Source: Octopus sinensis
Lineage: Eukaryota
Direction: 5' to 3'
Assembly (NCBI RefSeq): GCF_006345805.1
Contig: NC_043002.1
Span: forward strand, 7,130,001-7,194,000
Length of the DNA: 64,000 nucleotides
The position numbers and the translations under genes are program-made. Positions 50,201 through 61,283 of the stretch are shown one piece after another; position 1 is the first letter of the stretch, and each line of letters opens with the position of its first letter. The notes under the pieces were generated by a model. It made no database searches. It worked only from the letters and a program-made list of their open reading frames with translations, and was not told the origin of the DNA.

Positions 50201-53095
50201 TATGCAATGTGTCATTGTTATTGCTTTTAGTCCAGGTCTTCCCAAACACTGGTGATACCAGTGTGACTAACTTAATCTGGTATTTAGTGTCTTTAGCGAG
50301 CATTGGAACCAACTCTCCAGCTTAGGTATAGTGATTTTCCCTTATTGCATCCACCTATTTCAGAGGCCCTCAAAAGAGAGTCTTCCCTCTTTATTTATGC
50401 AGTATAAAAACGAATGATGCGTTCTGGACTCCACTACCCAGCGTATTCTTTTTAAGAGAGTAGGGTGTGGTTTGAAGGAAAGTTGTCTAGTATTATGTGC
50501 AGGTCGAGAAACAAAAAATCACAAATTAAAAACTTCTCTTAAATCTTACAGTTCTTTTCCTTAGACACAATGTAATCCTCTCAGTTCAGGAATGCTGGAA
50601 AGTATGATCTGAACTTAAGGTTTAATTTAACGTAGTAAAATAGACAATAGTGGCACTATCATTTCTTTCATTCAATATTCTTCATTTATACTTCTGAGTT
50701 TAAACAGTGATCGATAAACTTGTAGACTTAGCAACCAAATATTCCACAGATGAAACAAGGAAGCACCCATTGAATAATGCAGTTCTAAATACATATAAAA
50801 GATGGGAGATGGTTTTTGAAAGATTACGGAAACAAGAGAGAAAAATGGCGATCAATTGGCAGATTCAAGAGAGCATCGCATAGAGTATCTTGCAATATTA
50901 ATCATAATGATTCTTTGTTCTAAGATCAAATCACGCCGAGGCCAACTATTAATGAATAACGGGACCAATTTTTCTCTTTCCTACTCTCTCTATGTCTGTA
51001 TGTGTCTCTCTCTCAGGGGTGGATACACTGCCCTGTGAGAGGGGCATGGGGGTATACTCACAGTGTCTGCGATATCAAGAAAGGAATAAGTAATATACCT
51101 CTAACATAATGGAATTTCGAGTGAGATTGAAACATTATTTTGAAGTTGCAGAGGTTAATGAGAGGAAATGATAAATATCGTTAAAAGAACTCTTCTCCGA
51201 TATAAATGAGCACAGAAAATGGGTAGATAAACCTTCATTTAGAAAACATTTAATAGATGATGAAAGTCAACCATCTTGAAACCCGTACGAAAAGAATGGT
51301 CATTATCGACCGTTTGCCTATTCCCAGGGTAAAACTATATTTCTGTGTTTCAAAGTTTGTCAGAATTTGGTAGACGATGGGCGTAGGTCATTGTTTGATT
51401 TATCATTACTATATGGCCTTTGTATAACTTTTGTGGAGACTATTTTATAACATGAAGTCGGGCCAGATCTTCGGTTTGAGTATTCGGAGATTTCTCCCGC
51501 CCTTCTCACACTAACGTCCCCAGTCTTGAAGACATTTTAATGAAATCTACTAAGACGAGAAAATTAAACGAACATCATGTAGAAATTTTTGAATGTGATA
51601 AAATAAGACAGAAATGAAAAAGGAACACCGAAAACTTAGTTGCTGATTTATTTATTTTGTGTATAACATTCTACCTTTATGATTTAAAAAGAAAAACAAA
51701 AATATTCAAAATGATTTCCAGTGCGATTCCCCCCACCCACCAAGAAAATAAGCCGATTTATTAAGCAGAAAAAAAAAGAAAAAAATTAATAAAAACGAAC
51801 AGAAAAAAACAACAAAATATCCCTCCAATTGTTTTGCTTGAGAAAAACCAATTTAATATAGATCTTATTGAAACCTCATCTGAAATTCGGATCAGTAGAT
51901 GTTTGTTCTCTTAATAATAACAATTAAGAAACAATACAATAATGCAAGAAGTTTAAACACTTAATATATTAACCTTTTTTTTTTTTCATACATTATTATT
52001 TTTTTTAGTCTTAAAATTTATCCTGCAAACCATTCGGTGGAATCTTCTGGCGATGACAATATTTTTACATGATATTTTTTTCCCTAGATTTTGAGAATGA
52101 ATTATTTTTGCAGACTTTTAATTGAATATAGAAGATACAGAGTGAAATCTTTATAATTTTACTCCCAATCTTACTTGGTGAAAGGATAACGGGCCTGGAA
52201 AAACAAGGAATATAAACAGCAACTCGTTCTGAAAGAAGATTCAATTAACCATTTATCACTAAAACCCTTAGGAAAGTAATAAACGAGTTTCCATATATAT
52301 TCATTTCTCCTTATTTTTTAAGTTGGTTTTTTTCAACAATTTCATCTCATCTATGTACAATCTGTTCAATGTGGAATTTGTTTACGTCACAGCAATTTCT
52401 CAGGTAAGTCTTTTCAGGTTGTAAGACTGCCTTAAACTGACTTTGAAAAGCCTTCAACGTTGTATGTCATATACAAATATGAGTTAATTTTTAAAAGTCT
52501 GATTTTAAATATTGTAAATTATCGCTATAATTAGTTAATATAACAGAAGAGAGAATGTAAAAGATGCGATAAATTTAAACAGAAGTCTTGAACGTAGGTC
52601 TCACATTTGGATAAATGTGTTTCAAAATATACAAAACAAAACTTTTGTTTATTTGCTTATTTTAAAAAATCGAATCCATTCAAGATATGGGTTCTTTTAA
52701 TAATTTACAATAACCATATATCATATTGGAAGGTGTAACGTCCACACTGCTCTCAAGATCATGTTATAATTATTGGTTAACCTCATAATATCCCTAATCA
52801 AGCGGGCCAGCGCTCAGAGACGTTTTATCAGTGACCATCTTCTCTTTATTCAGACATGGTGTATCTTGACCCGTCTTAGGCATTATACAATGTGGGATCT
52901 CTTGAATCCTAGCAGGCTGTGCAGCCGCCAAGAGATCTTGTTTATTGATACTATCACCGTAAGTGGGCCTACTTCAAACAGGTGAAAAAGCTGAGTCATA
53001 ATTACGATTTGCCATGTGCTGAGTTCATGGTTTACCTTGATCTGGACTTAGTTAGAAGTTTTTAAACTAAAGCTTCTTTACGTTTAGACACGCTG

Positions 53096-53138
<43 letters not shown>

Positions 53139-53171
53139 GAAAGAATGGAGTTGAACGACAAATTAACAAAT

Positions 53172-53270
53172 TTCCTTTATTTTCGACATATGTTTCGAAG
53201 GCTGCATATTCCTAATTGTGAAGGAATAAGGAGTACATTATGCCGCTTTCTCATCAGGAAAAACAAGGAA
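53172..53270 (-). ncRNA. Type I hammerhead ribozyme (inverted copy)
   Basis: tcatcag at 53251-53257, tttc at 53193-53196, gac at 53185-53187. Confidence 0.82.
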
Positions 53271-53346
53271 TTTATGTCAACATCGCTATGCGCTCCGTGA
53301 GAGCAGTCATCTAAAAGTTTTTTGTGAATCTTGATGTTGACATAAA

Positions 53347-53444
53347 TTCCTTGTTTTTCCTGATGAGAAAACGGCATAATGTACTCCTTATTCCTTCACA
53401 ATTAGGAATATGCAGCCTTCGAAACATATGTCGAAAATAAAGGA
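53347..53444 (+). ncRNA. Type I hammerhead ribozyme
   Basis: Helix I UUCCUUGUUUUUC/GAAAAUAAAGGAA. CUGAUGA at 53360-53366, GAAA at 53420-53423. Palindromic helix III ACAUAUGU; GUC cleavage after 53431. Confidence 0.85.
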
Positions 53445-56400
53445 AATTTGTTAATTTGTCGTTCAACTCCGTTCTTTCATTTATTCATAAATTTTATAAA
53501 AATACACACAAATTTCCACACGAAAACACGTAGTCTCTGCCCTAGGCACGTAACTTCAACCGTGTTATTTCTGATGTGAATTTGCTACCCAGGTATCGGT
53601 TAAACGAATTATCCATAAAAAGATATTTCATTTTTCTACTCAAATATATATATATATATATATCACACATTCCAATTTTCACAAATCGTTTAAGTCTGAA
53701 AGTTTGACGAAGGCAGGCAGGTCAAAACTTCGGAGTCACCGTCAAGCTTATACTAGTAAAAGTTTCATAAATATATATTCAACTAAAAGTATGAATTATT
53801 CTTTCAGTTTAATATTGAATTGTTTTTTTTTTGTTGTTTTGTTTTGTTTCCCTTTTCAGAAATACTTTTACAGAAAAACACGTGTGTGTGTTTGTGTGTG
53901 TGTCTGCGTGTGCTTATTCTTACATAGTCACTAATCATTGTATTAATGGATTAAAAAATAACAAACGGATGCGCAGCCGGTTTTAGATTTATAAACATAC
54001 ATGTTTTCATCAAATTTATAAGGAAATTTATATCGTTGCAGTTCAGGGTGAAGAGTTTATAGTTATTTGATTTAAAATTAATTTAAATGAAACTAACAGA
54101 AATTATTAAACGGATGTAATTTTTACTATCGTTTCTTTCTGTCCTTTCCTTGGCTGCTAAAAGTAAAAGTATTAAGTGATTTGGTGGTTCATGTATGGAC
54201 GTTGAGAGAAAGGATTAAAGAAAAGAATAAGAATTGCAATTTTTAACAGAAAAAATCATAGGCGCCGCTCCCAGTTATTAATTTGTAATTAAAATAAGGA
54301 ATCTTTTTAAAATAAATTGCTGAAGAATTATGATCTAAGATAATTACCAAACCTTCTGTCAAACATATGCTAGGAAGAAAATACAAAATAACTAAATGAA
54401 TGTTTAAAACAAGAAATAAATGCACATAATCATAAATTCATCTGAAAGTGCAGCTAATAAATACCGAAAATAAAAGTCTCCCAGTTTCATTGTTCGAATA
54501 TGCATTATTTCATAAATTTACTTTTCAATATTTATCGTATCTTATCTCAAGGTACGAACATATTTTTTAAATAAATGAAAATATTTAAAATAATGTATAT
54601 AAAATTATCATTAATTTACGAGAAGGTAAGAGATAAATATTAAATTTGACTAGGCTCAAAACCTCATTCAGATTTGTAAAGACGAGAAAACGGATGTTTT
54701 GATGTTTATGCCATTCCCGACGGGGTAGGCAAGGAGTCTCGTTGAGTATTATGGCTTGAACGTAGACAATGAAACGAAAATGATTCGCAAATCCATCTCG
54801 TCGTCAGCTTTTTTTTTTTTAATTTACTAATGATACAAACTTCACAGCTTACATATTTAATGTCTCATTTTCCCTAAGGATTGATCTTAATATTCAATAA
54901 ATCTTATTTAACAAATCAGAAATTAAGTTTATGTGTGACTTAAAAAAAAAAAAAATCTTTTATAGTTTTTCTTATATTTGGAAAAACAGAAAAAGAGCAG
55001 ACATTTCCACTACTGAAACACCCGTTGGCCCTATAACATTCACCAAGTAATATTTACGCTTCAACCAGAATCATTTGTCATCCCACTATACTTGCAGCAG
55101 TGGAGGGATTCATCGTCCAAGGATTATTGGTCAAGTAAACAATCTAATAAAGGTTGATTATGTCATAATTTTTCAGTTTCAATAGATTTTGTTTTAGCTT
55201 ATTTTTTTCACATTTCATCGGAAGAACAGAAAATAAAATAAAAATATTATGAATGTATTTTTCACATAGATTTCTTCCTCATTCTTCACAGTTATTTTTC
55301 TTCTTAATATAAGTTTATTTAAATTTTTAATGCATGTTGTTTTATTTAATTGTTGTGGTTGTGTGTTTGATTTTGATGGGGTTTTATAATGTTATTTTTC
55401 CAATTTTTTTTACAATAAAAAGAAATTAAAATACTTGGTCTACGAAAATCTTCGAAGTTTTTGTTATATTTTTGTTCCACGAATATCTTGAGCCTCAAAA
55501 TATTCTCTTTTCTTCCTTTCATTTTCAATGATATCGTTATGTCTTCCTTCCTATAATATACACATGTTTTTTCTTTCTTCCTTTTCTTCCTTTTGGTTCG
55601 AAGACGTTACATAACAAGTACGTAATAAAAATTAAAATCATTGTGTCCTTATGCCATGAATTTGGTCAGCCATTTTAGAAGCATTCTTAAATGTAACCCT
55701 AATATTTATGCCCCTGCTTTCTCATACTTCGGTCCCTTTTGTTCAACTCCCCTTTGAAATATCTGCTGCAGCAGTTTACAGGGTTATTGTTGCTTTCTTT
55801 TCCGCCTCTTCCTCCTTTTCCACATCGTCATTAAGCGATTGTTTCCTACATCTGGTCTGTAATAAACAAGCAGCAATGACGATGGCAATATTTTGCTGAC
55901 AATTCTCTTCTTTCGTTCGTCTCTCTCTTTCGAGCAAATTTCATTTTAGCTTTCCAGATGGTGTCACCAATCTATTTTATATATTTTTTTTATTGCATTG
56001 AATTGTTGTTATCTGGAATGTCCTAGGTCCGATTTATTTTGTTTGCACTATTATCATTATTATTACTATCATCATCATCATCATTTACATACAGCAATCA
56101 AATAAGTACAACCGATTAGATAAAAGAAAAAATCAGTGGTGAGGTAAATTTAGAAAAAAAAACAAACAAAAGAAAAAGAATCGTAAAATAATACAATGTA
56201 GAAGGGTGAAAAAATAACGAAGCAAAACAAATGGATTTACTGTTTATATATTCCTATATATGATTTTTGTTCAGACTTTCGCTGCCGGAGTCAAGAACGT
56301 TTTTGTTTTGAGATGATAGCTGTAGACTGGAAATGACTACTAACGAATGTTAAATGCAATAATTTGACTGGCTGAATGAATAGGCTTCGTTATATTATAT

Positions 56401-57242
56401 ATATATACATATACATATATATATATATATACATATATACATAATTTGTCCAATTTACCCTTCCCACATAGCTTATATAGATTTGCATGGAAATGTTGAA
56501 TATTCAGAATTCAGTTCTTTTCAATATTTTGCTTAGTTTATTAATATCAAGATTTTATTGAAATCAAATCTGATATGGCGTTCATTTTTAGCAATTAACG
56601 CTGTCGTAATAATGTTGCATTTTTTTCCGATAATTAAAGAAAATATAATAGGTTGTCGCTGTTATTATCATCGTTGTTCATTTTTATATTTCTTCCATTT
56701 TCAGACAATCCAGAGTATTGTAATTATTATGATTTAGATTGTTTATTTTGTATTTTCTTTTTTTTTATTGTTTTCATTCATTCAAACTATTAAAAATATT
56801 CTTGTTTGTTTTTAACTTTATAATAACAGAAAATAGGACCTCGGGATTCGTCAAAATATTGGAACTTGGTCAAAAACCATCAAAAGAGACTTCAGTAGAA
56901 CAACATGTTATTTCTGGAGAGGAGACTGTAGAGTTACTTTAAATATTTCAAGCAATAAACGAACAATTTCTTTACGTCTTCGATGAACTGGCCACGGAGC
57001 TTACCGGATCACCAGGTCGGATTGACGGCGTGTAATAGTACGGCGAATCTAAAATTAAAAACAAGCGAGAAAAATATTATATAAAAATTATATTAAATTA
57101 TATTGAATATACGCAAACAAGAATAAAAATGACTCGATTTTTATAGACTTTGTATTAAGAATATAGCAATAGTGTTCCTGAAAAATACTACTTCTATAAG
57201 GATCATGAAGCAACGCTAATACAGACATGTAAACATTGACAC

Positions 57243-57531
57243 ATATATGTGTGTGTGTGTGTGCATGTATATATATATGTGTGTGTGTGTGTATGTATAT
57301 ATATGTGTGTGTATATATATGTGTGTGTATATATATATATGTGTGTGTATATATATATATGTGTGTGTGTATATATATATGTGTGTGTGTATATATATGT
57401 GTGTGTGTATATATATATGTGTGTGTGTATATATATATATATATGTGTGTGTATATATATATATGTGTGTGTGTGTATATATATATATGTGTGTGTGTAT
57501 ATATACATATGTGTGTGTGTATATATATATA

Positions 57532-57565
<34 letters not shown>
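57243..57565. repeat. Minisatellite-like (TA)n(TG)n compound repeat
   Basis: Directly visible; unit of ~18-22 bp. Confidence 0.95.
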
Positions 57566-57566
<1 letters not shown>

Positions 57567-57974
57567 TACACGCCGTCAATCCGAATATATATGAATGTTT
57601 GTGCGTTTGTGTAACTAGTGACGTATATAAACTCTTTTCTAACATAAGAATGAAAAGACAGCTAATCACTTTTGTAACGTCACTGACGGTGGCCTTTTAT
57701 AAGATATCAACAAAGCATTTGCATGAACAAGATTCTCTTTTGAAGACCTACTATTCAACTCTTTCTTATCTTCCTGAGAGTAAAGAGCCATGTCTTCCAA
57801 CAGCCAATCGTTGTTTCAGCTACTTGCGGCGTTTTTCCTCACTGGAATAACTTGTTACTTGTGTATGTAATAGATTTTAAGAGGGTGTGACTGTTTAACT
57901 GGAAAATAACTATTGCGGACGCCCGAATAGCTTATTTTACTTCAATATCATTTTTCTGTTTTTGTGGTGAGTGG

Positions 57975-58062
57975 CAGAACATGGGGCCTGATCCGATTGA
58001 CGGAACAGCCTGCTCGTGAAATTATCGATCAAGTGGTTGAGCACTCCGCAGACACACATACC
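57975..58062 (-). mobile_element. 3' tail fragment of SINE family C variant 2
   Basis: Reverse complement aatttcacgagcaggctgttccgtcaatcggatc matches 37995-38030. Confidence 0.7.
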
Positions 58063-58293
58063 TATTTCTTTACTACCCACAAGGGGCTAAACACAGAGGG
58101 GACAAACAGAGACAGACAAACGGATTAAGTCGATTACATCGACCCCAGTGCGTAACTGGTACTTATTTAATCGACCCCGAAGAGATGAAAGGCAAAGTCG
58201 ACCTCGGCGGAATTTGAACTCAGAACGTAACGGCAGACGAAATACCGCTAAGCATTTCGCCTAGCGCGTTAACGTTTCTGCCAGCTCGCCGCC
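58063..58293 (-). mobile_element. SINE family A, full length
   Basis: Complete consensus. Confidence 0.92.
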
Positions 58294-61189
58294 TTCCTTT
58301 TCATCAATATCAGCAGCAGTATCTTTTTAACATCCAGTTTCCCATGCTTGCGTGAATCATATGGAGTTTGTTGAGCTAGATTTTCTACAATAACTGTCTT
58401 TACCCTCTCACGGTAATATTTTATTATGGTTGGAGATGTTTTCATGTAAGATACAGCACCACTTGTGGAACAGGAACTCGTGTTTACATTTTTCGTATGA
58501 TGTTAAGACAATGAGAAACACACACGCATGCATACCTACATAATACGCGCGCTCATGACGTCTCTTAGTTTTGTTCACCAAATCGCATCATAAAGCTTTT
58601 ATTGACCTAAGTATATTCTAGAAGACTGATACCCAGCGTACTGCTTCTCTTTAATAAATGGTTATTATCTTTGAGAAAAGTATGTTCATTCCAACTTCCA
58701 AATCCATATTCTGTTAGCATAGAGATTTTACACTCGACAAAAAAAGTAGAATGTTATTTCTGTTGTGCTAACAAAGCTGGGTGAGGAGCGGAAATTTTAC
58801 GTAATAAAAGCAATTAGAAATAAAATATACTTACTGTTAATAGGATATCTGACCCATGGTTCGCTATACGAGTAGGAGCCGTACGCTGGGGCAGCACCGT
58901 AATTATTGGCATAGTCATTTGCTGAAAAGATAAAATCGAAAAAGAACATTAGAATTTCAATTCTTGAGTTGTATCTAATTTGCAGTAATTCAAGAAAATA
59001 TTTAATTCATGAATTTAGTTATTGAATTAGCTATTAAAAAGAAATAAAGGCATCAAATACAAATAAACAATACATTCCGATGAAGGAATTGGAATACTCA
59101 AAGGAGAGTGACCCAACTTGACTGAAAGATATTTACACTGGAAATGTATCGATTCTACGACTTCCCAATATTGCATTGATAATAAGGGTTAATCATTTTG
59201 AAGCTCAAATAAGGTAAACAATTTGGTAGTAATGAATTTGGCGGTATAATCAACGCGAGTTCTTGACTGGTTCATATTTTATTACACGTGTGCCTTACAA
59301 ATTTTGACAACTATGATAATTACAAGCGGAACATATGATCATTCTAGGTATTATGAATTTTGAAAATCCTATCAGGATTTATAAATACATGTCTTCGATT
59401 TTTCCATCGTTAAGGCCATTTAAAATTTAACATTCCATCATGTGTCAAATGATTTAAGGAACAAACAGAAATTTATTTTAGAATTTGCCAAAAGGGTACA
59501 CATTTTGAAAAAGTGTCATTTTGAGAAAGTGTATTATGGATCATTGGCTGATTCCAGTATTTGACACTTATTTTGCCAACAGTAGGTGGATAAAAAAAAA
59601 CCAAGAAATTTTAACCCCTACGGTATTTGAAATTATTGTGTAACAGGTTTTGTGTATGCTTTATCGATTTTGACATTTGTAATTTATGAAGAAATAAGAA
59701 TGATGATATTTTTTTGAAGAAGCACAACGCTAGAAATTTGTGCAGGTAGGAAGTCTACTGATTATGTCGACTCTAGTGCTTGGCTAGTTAATATGCTTTA
59801 TCAACATCACAAAAATTAATAGCTACGTTTATTAAAACTTAGATGATAAAGAGCCGCAAGAAATATCACTAAACATTTTATCTACTTTTAATAATTTTGT
59901 CAATCCAAGTAATAATCCATTCTATTATAAGCACAAGTCCTGAATTTTTTTTAGCGGAGCGGCTAGTTGATTATATCGACCCTACCAGCTCGCAGCTTTA
60001 ATAATAATAATAATGATAATGATGAGGAGGAGGAGGGGGATATGTCTATAATCAGTGATAATAATGTCTTTTCATAGCTCTTTATTTGGAAACGTTTGAA
60101 ATTGATCAGAATTGTTTGTTGTTATGTAGTTTAAACGTCTCATTTGTTCAGAGACGTGTAATATAAGCTTATTAATCTGTTTGCAGAAAAAATTCCATGC
60201 GCAATGCTGTCAGACATCAAGCAAATAAAGCAGTTGGATGAAAGTGGCCCTAGAGACAAATCTTTCCATTTTACTCCTATCAAATCACAAAATCTGGAGT
60301 TTTCCGAAACTGCGTGACCAATTGCTGCTCTGAACTGAACGGCGCAGGTCTCATGAGAATTGGTGACCGTTGTATAAAGCATTAACCAAAACGTTTTGAT
60401 GGGATTGTCGTCGAACATATGCTATATGCTCGGACAAAATGCAAGCTGACATGACATATTTATCTGATGACACTAGAAAGACACATCATTATATCAGACA
60501 ATAGAAAGATGTTTAGTAAATTATATTTCAATCACAAAATGATAAATGAATTAGAAGATATCAAAAATTAATGTTGTCATAGTTCAGAGATCGATTAACT
60601 TGACAGAAACTGGGGGGGGGGGCAGATAAATGATTTGACACCAAATCTGCTTCATGATATTAGACATCGTTGATAGCAGATAAAGCCCTTGGTTATTTTC
60701 CGATTATCCTTTTTTTTTTGTTTTTTGTTTGTTTGTTTCTTTCTTTTTCTTATGACAAAAGAGAAAAAGACAGATCAAAACAATTTGACACTGAAAATAG
60801 TGAATGCTGAAGTCGACTGAATGAGAACCGAAGTAGAACTATAATATTCCTTTTCTGACATAATACAATACCTAAGGATGTAATAATTGGTGTAACTTGA
60901 GATGACCTAAGACTTAGTAGGTTTAAAGCCTTATATATATATATATATATATAAAGTAAAGGGTTCGCTCTCATGAAAAATTAACCTATTGCATAACGTT
61001 GTGATATAGAATTAATGTCCATAATTTCGACGGGGAATATAGATATAATTAACTTTCAATTCTTTTAGAGAACTTAACAACTGCATCCTTCCGCATAAAT
61101 TCAGAAACGCAGCAGCAAATAATAATAATAATAATTATTTTTATTATTATTATTATTAGTAGTAGTAGTATTACTATTATTATTATTTC

Positions 61190-61283
61190 TTTTGGGGGAA
61201 GAGGTCTAGTCGATTACATCGACTCCAGTGCGTAACTGGTACTTATTTCATCGACACAGAAAGTATGAAAGGCAAAGTCGACT
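61190..61283 (-). mobile_element. SINE family A fragment
   Basis: gtcgattacatcgactccagtgcgtaactggtactta...aaggcaaagtcgac. Confidence 0.8.

Larger units (their letters stand above)
53135..53644 (+). mobile_element. Hammerhead-bearing unit (+, 53282-53644) with a ~150-bp 5' inverted duplication (53135-53284)
   Basis: Near-perfect inverted arms 53135-53284 and 53331-53482; (TA)n on both sides. Confidence 0.85.

Noticed and set aside
55708-55899. 63-aa ORF and its antisense frames
   Set aside because: Low-complexity purine/pyrimidine skew and no recognisable domain.
58833-58900. Helitron-like 5' start (atctgacccatggttcgctatacg)
   Set aside because: No matching 3' hairpin/CTAG end was identified.
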